Shown in pieces: positions 52,659-64,000 of a stretch of DNA of 64,000 nt (the first letter of the stretch is position 1; each line of letters opens with the position of its first letter). The translations under genes and the position numbers were made by a program. The notes below the pieces were generated by a model that was not told where the DNA came from, did not search any database, and saw only the letters and a program-made list of their open reading frames with translations. Source of the DNA: Phallusia mammillata. Lineage: Eukaryota. Location: assembly GCA_965637545.1 (NCBI GenBank), contig OZ281495.1:4526001-4590000 (forward strand). The letters run 5' to 3'.

Positions 52659-55600
52659 ATGGAAACGTTTACTGGAAGATGCCAAAAGCTTCGCCAGATT
52701 ATTCTTTACTGTAGTTTTTTGCATCAACTTATGTGTAAGTAAGTGGTTTTATATATCTAGACAAAACATGTAACATATTATTACACACTCTGCGCATTAT
52801 AGGAGCTTAATACATCAGAAAACATTTATTTTATATCTATATAAACATCGAGTCGATAAATAATAAGTAAGCGATAGACAGTGCACACTGTTTTCTCAAA
52901 AAGATCTCTTCGGTGCATTTGGTGACAAGACAAAAGTCGTGTTGGCTAGCGCAGCAAAAAATGCACCCTAGCTTGTTTTCATGCTTTTTGGCGTGTAGCA
53001 TTCGAAAAAGTTATCGATTCCTAAAGCCATACATTATTCAATATGTTTAATTGATTTTAGTTGTAGTAAATGTCGGTGCTTCGTTTTCTGACCTGACCGT
53101 TGAGCAGCCTGCTTCCGCTTATAACTACACAGCAATTTTAGCTACAACAGCAACACGGACTATGGACAATGCTACGCTTACTTGGACAATTAATGGCGTG
53201 AGTAAACATTGGAGAAAAAATGGAATACTTAACGCAAGCTAGAATATAACACCAACAACATTAAAATTTTAGACTGACGTTTACCAAGTTGACGACAGTC
53301 TTACTCAAACTGCAACAACTGTCTATGCAACAAAATATCAACCGTTTATAAGTATATTGTGAGTTGTACAGAAATTCTGATTCTTTTCAGCATGGCTAAC
53401 CACGGTTAATTTTACCAACTAGAGCAGGGGTTCCCAACCGGGGGTACTCGTACCCCTTGGGGGTACGAGATTGAACAGCAAGGGGTACGAAGCTCCTTCG
53501 CCACAAAGCAGCTTTTCAAACGAATTTCACAGTAGTCAGTACAGTTTTATTTTGAAATTGTAAATGATTATATGGTATATGCCATTACGGCCTTTGCTTC
53601 AAAAAACACACAAATATCTGCAAATAATTGTTGTTATTTAGTAAGAAGCCTCATTGTCTCATAACAATGCGTTTTTTACTTGCTGTCAGCAATAAACAAC
53701 AAAGTTAGGAAGAAAACGCACAGACAAATGAGGCATTTATTGTAGTCTTGCAGTAAATCTGCTATCTCTAGAACCAGAGAAGTTGTTTTTATATTAAATG
53801 AACTGTCACTACCATTTTGTTTTGCGTAACATCTTTAATTTGGCAATATGTATATAAATCAGGGAGTCGAGCCGGAACTGAACCCGAACCAGCGAACCGG
53901 TTAATTTCATTAAACCCGAACCGATTACGATTTTGTAAAAACCTGAACCGGAGTTGAACCCAATATTTTGTTTGGCGTCGGACCTGAACCGGAACCAAAC
54001 CATTAAAAAATGCAGTCTGTTTTATAATTTGCAATTTTTTTCAAAACACTGAAGAATACGCGAGATATAGGGCGTGTCAAAAATAACAGTGCTCCAGTGA
54101 AATTATTTTGAAGTTTGATAAGGCCAGGTTTAAAAACGACAAACCAGTTCGGACCGCGGATAATTGCCCAAACCGGAACCAAACCCAAACCCGAAGATAC
54201 ACATTTTTGAAAACCTGAACCGAACCAGAACCCTTAAAAACAAAACCAAGTGAACCCAAACCGAACCTGAACCAATATGACAAGCAGTTAGACTCCCTGA
54301 TATGAATATTTCCATCATAATTTTTTGGGGGTACGAAGAATGCTCTGACCTGGCAAGGGGGTACGAGCAGCAAAAAAGGTTGGGAACCCCTGAACTAGAG
54401 GTACACAGTACCAAAGCAGGAGTTCGAGTTACGGAGCAAAAACAGTGTTGCGTAAACCCTTTTATATATCGGTATAGGGTGTCAATTTAGATAACAATCA
54501 CTAAATTTTATTTATTTCTGCCAGTTGTTTCAGATAAACGATACAAAGATTCCCTGTTTTTTGGGGTTCAATGGGTTCAAAGCGGTTAAGAACACTGGTC
54601 CAAAGCAATGTTCCTGTACTACCCTCAGCAACAAAGTACATTTACAGTATTACAACATTTTGTATTCTAGAATTTTCAAGCCTTCGCCGACATCCGTATA
54701 TATGGAGTTAAGTGTCAAACTGCAACTGTTTATGGACACACTTCCAGTTCAAGTTTCGGACCTGACAGAATCTACAAATGCTGTAACTCTCAATGTTTCC
54801 GGTGTGTAACCTCATGATTAAATTCATCACTATTCAAATATTTACTTTTGTTCACTCTTAAAACAGAGTGTGTGGCAGACAACAATACATGTGTGACACC
54901 AAACGTAACACACTCTCCGTGCGGTCTTGGATGTAACATAACATACACATGTACTAATGGATGTTCTGGTGAGACAGTGTCTGCTTTCTGTTCTCATGAT
55001 GCGACTTGGAGTAATTCGCCACGGTGCACAAGTAAGTTTACAACAAATTAAACTTTTTATAGGCAAATTTATAACATATAAAACGATATTACAAGAAATG
55101 AAGGCTTTAGTGTTCACCACATACGGAGACAATATATGGCACTTGTTTATATAATGTTTTATGTAAGGTTTTTTTCACGGGGTTTGAAACCAGGACACTC
55201 CCGGGGACGAATCCCGATCAGGTTTTTTTATGTCTGTATATGGGTCAGGCGCTCTCGACTATTCGGAAAAGTTCCTGCTCGTTTTATGTAAAGTGAGTAC
55301 ATTATGAATTACGTCCAGCCCGAGAGCGACCACTTGTGTGGTATCGCACACGATTCTACTTGCCACGTTAAACCTGAGGCCAGTACAATGGCACAAGCAA
55401 ATAAAAGTGTCACTGCTTTCGTACCTGCCAAAGTTAGGAGATTTAATGTGATTAATTACTGTAAACAACTTCAACAACAAACAACCTTTTCTGTATCACT
55501 AGAAATATCAAATGCACTATATCATTTGTTTTGTAACACAACATTTTTTTTCAGAAAAGGAACAGCTTTCACGTAAGTAGCAGCAAACTATGTTTTAGAT

Positions 55601-56383
55601 TGACGTAATATTACTTACCTCTGTGTTGTCTAATCTAAAGGGCTGGAGATATGCCTGATTATCTGCTCTGTTTCACTGTTTATCGGAATTCTACTGGGCT
55701 GTTTGTGGGACACATTTAAAGGTAAGCATACGCTAAAATAGTAAAGACCTGTGAAAAGGACAGTTTTTTTTTTTTTTTTTGCTTTGATTTGAAGCACACA
55801 GGTCGACTTTAAGTTTACTACAAATGCAGGAAAAATTCAAAACTTGTAATTGGTTCACTTCCTTGTGGATACAAATTTGTAACTATTTTCAGATGACTAA
55901 ATAGTGACAATTTGCCACAAGACTGTTAAAAGGCCTGGAGTAAGTGCATACTGTTTAGATCACACTCTGAAGAGCCATGCCTTTGTGATGTTACCCATGG
56001 GCATCAAATAAAAGCAAACTGGCTTTAAACAAATTCTTGAAAACCAAAGTAGTTTCCATTTAGTGTCATTAAAATCTACTTAAAAAACGTTTGTGCGAAA
56101 ATGTAAATTTGCTTATATTCCAAAAGATTATTAAAGGTTAGCTAAGTGTAAAGACAAAGAATTTAATCAATGTATTTTGACAGATCTATGCTGTTGCTGT
56201 GCATACCGATGTGAGGACACATGTTATCTTATCTGTAGCTGTCGTAGCGAAGAGACTCTCTGTTTCAAATGTTTCTGCAAGCATAAGGATTGCTTATCTT
56301 GTGGCTACAGATGTGGAGAGGATAATAATTGTTGTTGCGTCAGCTGTTCATGCAACTCCAAAGTTGAAGACCATCCATCTTAA
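52659..56383 (+). CDS. Gene G: signal peptide - Cys-less Ig-like domain - 8-Cys CCP-like module - TM - Cys-rich cytoplasmic tail
   Basis: Exons 52659-52734, 53061-53197, 53273-53358, 54671-54801, 54867-55031, 55641-55721 (GLEICLIICSVSLFIGILLGCLW, TM) and 56184-56383 (stop). Phases 1/0/2/1/1/1 join without stops. The CGLGC module matches the first F module (CGLNC). Confidence 0.75.
53425..54392. mobile_element. Non-autonomous hAT element (968 bp) in a gene G intron
   Basis: Perfect TIRs CAGGGGTTCCCAACC / GGTTGGGAACCCCTG and a perfect 8-bp TSD AACTAGAG (53417-53424 and 54393-54400). Confidence 0.95.
53860..54299. mobile_element. Nested hAT-type MITE with internal GAACC(C/G)-rich repeats
   Basis: TIR CAGGGAGTC / GACTCCCTG; 8-bp flanks ATATAAAT / ATATGAAT (7 of 8 match); many aacccgaacc-type internal repeats. 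Confidence 0.8.
55176..55278 (-). mobile_element. tRNA(Leu-like)-derived SINE-like element
   Basis: Close copy of 26604-26707 (cccggggacgaatcccgatcagg..tatgtctgtatatgggtcaggcgc). Confidence 0.7.
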
Positions 56384-57179
56384 CCTAGCTGTTAATTTTT
56401 TTCACGCACTATATGCTAATCTATTTCAATGTTTGAAGTGTTATACAAAAGCGCCATATTTAATTTAGTGTTCTTGTCGTTGTTAAAGTATCCTCGATTT
56501 CGAAATTGTGTGTTTTGTTTTCTAATAGTATTTGGGTGAAGTTCAAACTTTTTTTATCGCATTTTAGCAGTTATCAGAAGACGTGTACAATTTTGATATC
56601 CGCAAGTCCATCAAAACATCAAATGCATAAATAAGTATTTTGCGTTAAAAACACTAATCACTGACTGGCTCTAGGTAACTCAACCACTAACTGGTAGCTA
56701 AGAGCAATATTGGTCAACACAATTATTTTGCTAGTGCGGATATTTAATATAAAAAAATTAACGCCTGGTAGAAATAAGAGTAACATTTTTAACCAAGTGT
56801 CAGGTTATAGCTATTACTAAACATAAAAACATACGGCCTCATCTTAAACACAAATCATTTAAAATGAAGGAAACTGATTCTATTTGTGTTGTATTTTACA
56901 AAAAAAGGTTTGCTCGATGAGAGATAAAATGTAAAAAATGATGTAGCTTTCACAGTCAGCGTGGTTCGTTGCTCAGAAGTTTGATGAATTCGAGATTACA
57001 TGCTTGTAGAACTGTTTTTAAATAAGATTTTATCTGCAGTGTTTATCGTGCCTACAATCTTTTATGTTAATTATATACTGCTGACGTAAGAGTTAAACAA
57101 ACGTACGCAGGTCTAGAGTTAAATTCAAATACTTCGCATCAGTTTTTGATCGAGGTCGATTGCTATGTAAAACACCAAC

Positions 57180-57700
57180 TACAAAATATCGTTGACAGAC
57201 GTGTACCAACTTGGCGACAGTTCTACTCAAACTGCAAATATTCTCTTTGCTACAAAATACCAACCATTTCAAAGTATAAATAAGCTATTGCTGACAGGCA
57301 TAGTATCAAGTTTATATAGCTTCATAAACTTTATTCCTAGGTATATTGTTAGTTGTACATAAACTCCGATTCTTTTAAGCATGGGTTTTCAACCAGGGTC
57401 ACGTATCCCCTGGAGTTATAAAGCACCAATGTGGTGAGTGCGTTGTAAATTATGATGAAAAAATTAAACTAGTGTGAATCTTTATATGAAGAGGTAAGGC
57501 ATGTCAATTTATTTCACAATTTATAATACTACTTCATTAATTTTTGTCAGTCATTTTTGGTCAAAGGGTAAGTAATTTACAATGTACGAACGCAAAAAAA
57601 GGTTAAGAACCACTGCTTTTTACCAAAATATTCCAGTTCTACCGTTGACGTCAAAGTACATTTACTACGATTGTATCATAAATGAAATAAAAAATATATT
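57180..57700 (+). pseudogene. Orphan duplicate of gene G exon 3 and following intron
   Basis: Reads DVYQLGDSSTQTANILFATKYQPFQ versus G TDVYQVDDSLTQTATTVYATKYQPFI. The acceptor AG is lost, and the downstream intron sequence matches 53352-53400 and ~54600-54660. Confidence 0.7.
57380..57615. mobile_element. Old hAT-type MITE (~236 bp)
   Basis: Degenerate left end CATGGGTTTTCAACC and right end GGTTAAGAACCACTG; flanks CTTTTAAG / CTTTTACC (6 of 8 match). Confidence 0.55.
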
Positions 57701-58266
57701 TTTCTCCGCTAGGTGGAAATGAGAGCAACACATTTAACCACTCAAATGTCAGGTTAATTGGTATTGAAAATTTAGCAAATGGCCTCATTTTTAACACAAA
57801 TTATTTAAAATGAAGGAAATTGATCTTCGCGGAATTAATTTTCAAAAAAATTTAAGCTTGAACAGAAAAAGAAGAAATGTAAAAATGATGTAACATTTAC
57901 AATAAGCGTGGGTTTGTCGTTTAGAAATATCGTTCTCAGATTACAAGTCGTAGTTTTACATAGGATTGCATCGTCAGAAGATTGAAACAAATGTCGAGTG
58001 TGATCGTACCTATCAATCGTGTATGCTAATTATATTGTGCTGATGTGAGAGTTAAACAAACGTACACAAACGATCGATTTTATTTGCTATTGTTGAAGTA
58101 GGGGGTTTCATGAGAAAATTAAACAAACCATTTATAGTCTGCTAACGCTTTCATTTCTTGTTCTTGACTAACAACAGTTCGCGTAATACAATACTTAACC
58201 ATTTTTTCTTGTCTGCACCCCCTTATATTGTCGGCGGAATTGGAATAATTTCCAATCGCTCTAATC

Positions 58267-59146
58267 CAGTAGTTCTAAACGGGGGCGCCAGCGCCCCCCT
58301 GGGGGCGTTTGCTATCACTAATGGGGCGCTCGAGAATAATTGAGCAATCGGGGGGCGCTGAGAGAAGATGGAGCAGTCAAAACGAAACAAAACGACCAAG
58401 TTATTTTTGTCATATCTCTTCCAGTGACCAGTATAAGTAAATTTATTTCTCACTAAATTATATTTTCTAGTATTTACTGTATTAGGTTCTTTGTTTTGCA
58501 AGGTGTTTTTGATTATAATGTCACAATGAATTTTGTGCAAATCACTATTGCGTCATTTGTCGGGGCTTGTCTGCGCTTTAATAGCAAAATCAGGTAGTGA
58601 TTGAGTTGTGCTTTGCCAAACCGAGCCAGAGGAACCCGAGTACTCGGTATTTTTGATGCTCGGTTCTCGAACGCAGAGCGTTAGACAATCACTGTAACCG
58701 TACTACGAATTGATCACTTGTTAATTTTATAACGTAACGGGTTAGTCACAAACGGGTTTCGTAACATCACAACTGAACGTGTGATCTGTTCTCTGTTGAC
58801 GTACTGACGTAGAATTCCCAAGAATAAAAGTGCTCGTTTTTAAAAACGTCAAATAGTGGGCACACGCGCAGCCAAAAGCGTTATGAATTAGTTGTTGTTT
58901 GTTACTTAAAAAACGTTGGCGTTTCATCTAGCGTTGGCTTGCCTCGCATGTTCTGCATAAGGAACCTCTACAGCTTAAATACGGCCCCCGGGAAAAAAAT
59001 TAGATTGTTAAAGATTAGACTTCCAATTATGACATTGACATTGAACGTGAAATTAAATCGTTTTGTTTTTTGACAGTTAAGGGGGGCGTTTATAAATAAT
59101 GTAGGTCTAAAAGGGGCGTTACAGGAAAAAAGGTTGAGAAACACTG
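58267..59146. mobile_element. Non-autonomous hAT element (880 bp)
   Basis: TIRs CAGTAGTTCTAAAC / GTTGAGAAACACTG and a perfect 8-bp TSD CTCTAATC (58259-58266 and 59147-59154), with GGGGGCG subterminal repeats at both ends. Confidence 0.9.
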
Positions 59147-62100
59147 CTCTAATCAATATAAACATTTTTGCCCCAGTACCAGGCCTGGTTTTGCTTTGCC
59201 TACCCCTTTTAATCCCTTTTAACTTGGTTTATTTTGTTAAGTTATTAACTGTTTTTGACAGATTTTTGGACGACCTTTAGACGCATTTATTTGTGACCGT
59301 AACTTTTTTGGGGACTAACTTTTTTGAAGCTACATTAAAATCGTAAACTAATTTTCTAGTTTTACTCGTTACCAATTCCACCTCCAGGTGTGAGGTTTTA
59401 TGAGTAATGGTCAATGTCATTCACTCGTAAGTGGTGCACTTTAAATACAGTTTATTTCCAATAGGTGATAAAAATGTAAAAAAAGTTCCAATAATTTCCG
59501 AAAAACAAAGGTAATCCTTATAGTGATTTCTACGTTAAACTTGACCTCATATTGGTTTACACTTCATGGTATTTTACACAACATTATAATCTTGTAGGCT
59601 AATTTTTATCAAACATATCACATCTGTCATCATCTAGTATGCTTTTCGCGCAGACCGCGATAATATTTATCGCCGTCGTAAAACTACGTTTATGAGAAAA
59701 AGTTGCAACAGTGTCAACACACAGATCCGTAAATTGCCTGTCCCGTAAGAATTGCTTGTTATACCATGGTTGCCTTTCACATATGTTCATTTAAAATCCT
59801 AGAAAACAAGTACACTTACTACCGACATGTTAACGTAGATTATTACTTGATTTTTGCATGATGTACTGAGAAATGCAAAATACTTTTACATTGTGCAAAC
59901 AAACACGTTGGCATACCAGTATCCACATTTCGCTTGATGTAAAATTCGCTGAATGTAGCAGATGGGTGAAAAAGGAAGACAAACAACATCCTTAACGCCA
60001 TTGCCATGATTTAATGCACCACATGTACACACAATGAACACCACATGGTACCAGCACGTATGCCTTGTAAATTTTACGGTTTGTTAACATGTGTCTGGCA
60101 CTGTGGTATTATTAGCCTCGGATAGTTAACGATCTGGGAAAATTAAACATCCTGATGAAGAAACCTGCTTTTGTTTTTGTAACGCTATATAATTAAGTTA
60201 AGGGGCAGATACTATTTTAAAGACATGTTTCGAAAATTGGAAAATCAAATTTGCACAATTTTGCGTGCTTGCGGTAATCTATTTTTACTATAACACTGCA
60301 GCAACAATTTACAAAACAAACACTGTACAATCATTCAACTTTTTAGGAAAAGACACAAATGGATCGTGATAGAGATGGGTGAAAGTAATTCCTTCCAAAT
60401 ATTTGTTGTCGGACATTGTTTTTAACCATGTTTTTCGTCTTAAGTGTATACGCATAAAGTTTCAAAATGCATTTTGAAATCAACCCTAGTTGTAAGCAGC
60501 ACGTCGGTTAATATAATTTAAATTCAAAAATTCGGTTTCAAACATGCTGAAAGCAGCAAAAGAAAACCGCATTGAGTTCTGAAAAAAGTAGCTAAAAAAA
60601 CATTACAACACTCCATTTCTCAGTAAAGAGTTTTTACTGTGGTTTAGTTTTGAATGTTTGCTCGGCATATTTTATGTCCAAAAATGTGTGGTGCTCGTTA
60701 TTATAACGCCGGTGAGCAAAAACGAGAGAATACGAAATGACTGAGACCAGCAACCTACAGTTGACGTTAAAATGCTGTTCAAATCTTATGTGCTGTAAAA
60801 CGTTAACGTTAAACCAAAAAAATAAATAACTACTTTTTTATTTATTTATTTTTACTTTTCGTAAGTTTCGTCAGTTTATTTGTTTTTGTTAGTTTTTGCA
60901 TGTTTAAAATCAAAAACATTGTTTTCAATGCGTCTTATTCCTCTCGCTAAGAAAGCTGTGTTTTTCAGCGAGTACCGAAAATAAACTCATCCTTTGCAAT
61001 CTCAGGGTCATGAGCGGGCATAGTCCAAGTTTGCATTATTGTTGCGGTGTGTATGGTCACAAAATACTGCAAGGTGTCCTATACCAGTGCATATCATTTA
61101 TTTGTACCATTTGAGGGCGTGGTTAGGGCGTATGGATCCAATAAAGTGATTGTTAATTTTACTGAAGTCTATCCTCTTCAGTTATCATCGGTCATTGCCA
61201 AACACTAGTTAGCCCTTTACGTATGTTTTGAAACGATAAATTCGTTGAAACGACCATATTAAATTAACGGCCTGGGAAAAGCCAACATTGCTCATTATTT
61301 AGGGATTACTTTCGTTTTAGACTGGGTCATGCAAAAAATGCGACCTAGCCGTTCACCCTCAAGCTCGACCAAATTTTGTGAATGTACTTTGAATCCACTA
61401 CGTGCTTGTTTATCCTAGTCTTTCGATGTTTTTGTAATCTTCAATCGATTTCTGTAGACACGCCGATGGGGGGGACCGCCCACTCCTACGGTGCCTAACA
61501 AAAATAGGGTTTGGAAATCCTATGAATAATAATCAACAAATTACGTATGCCGTTGTCCAATCTTTAGTCAATGTACATCCAGCTACTAGATTCTAGTATC
61601 ATAACATTCATTTTCAACAACCAATGTAATTTGTCATAAACCAAACAAAGATTTTGAGGACAAATCTGCGAGATTGCCGTAGAGTTTACGCTTGTGTCAT
61701 ATTAAAGACAATGATGAAAGGTAGCACCAACGTATTTACTTTCAAATTACATTAGACTCTTCTGCAGTTCCGGTATAGTTGCAACATTATCTATTGTGCA
61801 AACACCAAGCATGGCACATGACTTGAGTCATAAAAACACAACAGTACAATCGCTATAAATGTATTAAACGACGACGGAAAGTGAAAACGCCTCGTTTTAT
61901 TGTTATTCACACATGGGATGAACGGCATCAAAATTTACGACTTTTAAACGTGCGTCAATATCACTGCTATTTTAGGGTTTACTGGGAATTCGATTAGATT
62001 TATTGCCTAGATTCAATGGGCACACAAATACTGCTATGGCGTTAAGCATAATAAAAGACGGCTATAAAGCAAAAATAATCATTTCTTGGAAACGTATGTT

Positions 62101-63436
62101 GTAAATGCTTTAAAACGTTTTGTCGCCGTAATAAATATTTTGCACCAACCATTGTGGTCCGTTACTTGGAGTAAAGTTTTCTAACGTTTGCATTTTTTAA
62201 ACGTGGGTTTCCCAGTACTAGGTTTTTATTCCTGATACATGTACTCATTAGTAAATTTCTTTTCAAATGCAGAGATTTTTTAAAAGAATTATTACTTTTA
62301 AATTACTTTCGCTTTTCCGTGATCAAAAGTTTGACAGAAAAAAGACAAAATTGTCAGGACCATCGGCATTCAAGGTGATACAGTATACACTTAACAAAAA
62401 TACTGAATTGTGGAAAACAGCCTTATGCAAGTAAATAATTGGTCAAATGGAATATTTGTTTTACGAAATACTCTACACAGAAAATATAACTTAAATCAAC
62501 AAAAAGCGATAGTTGCAATTGCCCATTTGAAGTGAAAAAAAAATAACATTTATATTTCCATAAATGATGCTTATAATTTAAAATTAAGTTTTTTTGTAAT
62601 AAATTGTTTTGCATTGAATTTCAAAACATACAACATGCAAAAGCTATAGTTGAACAATGCTAGGAATAAAAAAAACGATTAAAGCACATGGAGTTTTGTG
62701 GCATGTAGCTACTCATCGAGAGTTGTGGTCTGTTTACAAAGGAGATATAATTTATAATAAATAAATGAAAGAGTCTGCAGTACACGCCTATGTTATTATA
62801 CAACATTGCCAATAGTGGAAGATATAACTGCGTTAGGTGTATCTTTAAACAACTTTTAAAAACACATTTTTTGATTAATTTGTACGATTATAAACAACGC
62901 ATGATTTTAACGGAAATGGTTGTTAAACCGCCGAACAAGCAAATTAGCAAATGTACTTGGCTGAGGGCCAGCTTATGACTTTATGGCGATCAACGGTATG
63001 GAACTTGTTTGATCTTGAATTAACCGACGACTACTGTATCTTGTTTTCACTGAGTTGTCCGGGGTTTTATATGTCTGAGCCTATTTAAATGGCTGTTGCT
63101 AAACCAGTTACTGGTTTAGGTAAATACTTGATAGTTATCGCATTGGACTGACAAACTTAGTTAATTATTACCGCGCGACATTTAGTAGTAAATGGTAAAC
63201 AACTTACTGTTGTGCAGTTTTTTAATCAAAAAATAAAAAGGATAAAAAGTTTGTAGCGTCGCTTCACGCCTATTGCGTTTAGAGATAACACGCTGTACTA
63301 TAATGGTCTCATCAGTATTGTCACAATGTAGTTTTACATGAAACAAATAAAACAAAGCATTTCTCGAAACCTCTTGTCGACAGGCGAGTTTGATGACAAA
63401 AGTTAATTTGTCACAAAACACTTAATTTAGTGAAAA

Positions 63437-63956
63437 TTAATTAATGCTTACATCGCTTACATGGAGGTCACGTGTTGGAGAATTTTTGCCTGAAACAAAC
63501 AAATCAATTCGGTGTATGGATGTCAAACAAACGAACCTACTGTTAGAATTTAAGTTTAGCGTCTTACGTGTTGGAGGTTTAGGTGCCATAGATTTTTTGC
63601 CGGAATTTGTCGACTGGTCTTCTGCAAAAAATCTTGATAAGTTGCGGTTAAAATACACAATCAAGCCAAAAACTCATTTAGGAAAAAATACATATCAAGC
63701 TTACATCTTGTTTGTTCTTATGTTGGAAAGTCGATTCATGTATTAAAATAATTTGTTCAGTCGTTTTTAGATTTAAATAGCCCGATACAAACAGCACAAA
63801 ACTGAATATAACCTTTACCATTATGTTCATAATCCAGGTTTGAAGTTTGATAAGAAGCTCCCCCGTATAAGGGATTAATTCTCTCTTCCTTTTCACCTGC
63901 TGGGCGCACCTCCACATCGCTTGCAACATAAATTGGATTCAAACGTTCCTCTTTAA
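63437..63956 (-). CDS. Receptor member I: last cytoplasmic exons of another E-type paralog; the rest lies beyond the right edge
   Basis: Exons 63956-63819 (KEERLNPIY...GEKEERINPLYGGASYQTSNLDYEHN), 63621-63541 (KKSMAPKPPTRK) and 63489-63437 (stop). All are phase 1. KEERINPLY is identical to the first tail exon of E. Confidence 0.75.
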
Positions 63957-64000
63957 CTACAAAACATAATATATAAGACTAAGTATCAAATCACTACCAG

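Larger units (their letters stand above)
56760..58070. repeat. Diverged local duplication (~56760-57110 and ~57705-58070)
   Basis: Shared blocks ggcctcat.tt.aacacaaat.atttaaaatgaaggaaa.tgat, aaatgtaaaaa.tgatgta and gctga.gt.agagttaaacaaacgtac. Confidence 0.8.

Noticed and set aside
53860-54299. CRISPR-like or satellite array
   Set aside because: Irregular short GAACC repeats without unique spacers, bounded by TIRs, in eukaryotic DNA.
54525-54600. Candidate gene G exon (ORF 54525-54809 5' part)
   Set aside because: It lies inside the old MITE end and the phases do not join; donor GTGAGT at 53359 joins directly to the acceptor at 54670.
55304-55576. Extra gene G exon (ORF 90 aa)
   Set aside because: No in-phase splice sites, and the gene model joins without it.
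59200-63400. Hidden gene in the 59-63 kb interval
   Set aside because: Only short ORFs and repeat-like fragments; no exon chain could be built on either strand.

Overview
Eukaryotic animal DNA, AT-rich (roughly one-third GC by eye) with many 50-100 nt spliceosomal introns. An ascidian/tunicate-like genome is my inference and is not provable from the window. The window is a cluster of cell-surface receptor genes that I reconstructed by hand from splice sites and exon phases. (1) A minus-strand family has the architecture signal peptide - Ig-like D1 - sushi/CCP - 4 to 5 further Ig-like domains - TM - tail, with six members. Copy A is the 5' part at the left edge. Copies B and C are near-identical and damaged, in a ~7.9-kb tandem repeat. 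Copy D is intact (14 exons, 776 aa) with a Glu in the TM helix and a short tail. Older paralog E is intact (17 exons, ~807 aa) with an uncharged TM and a long tail of repeated NxxY and [DE]xYAxV motifs. Member I shows only tail exons at the right edge. This resembles an independently evolved paired-receptor or allorecognition-type locus (inference), and the D1 centre is hypervariable between A and D. (2) A plus-strand family (F, G and remnants) has Cys-rich CCP-like modules, a TM and CCCC-bearing tails. G also has a Cys-less Ig domain and a 19-Cys metallothionein-like tail. These genes lie head-to-head with the minus-strand genes. (3) A galactose-3-O-sulfotransferase gene sits in the middle. 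(4) There are also hAT-type MITEs with 8-bp TSDs, tRNA-derived SINE-like elements and a possible decayed BTB-Kelch gene carried in the tandem unit. All gene models are manual, without transcript support.
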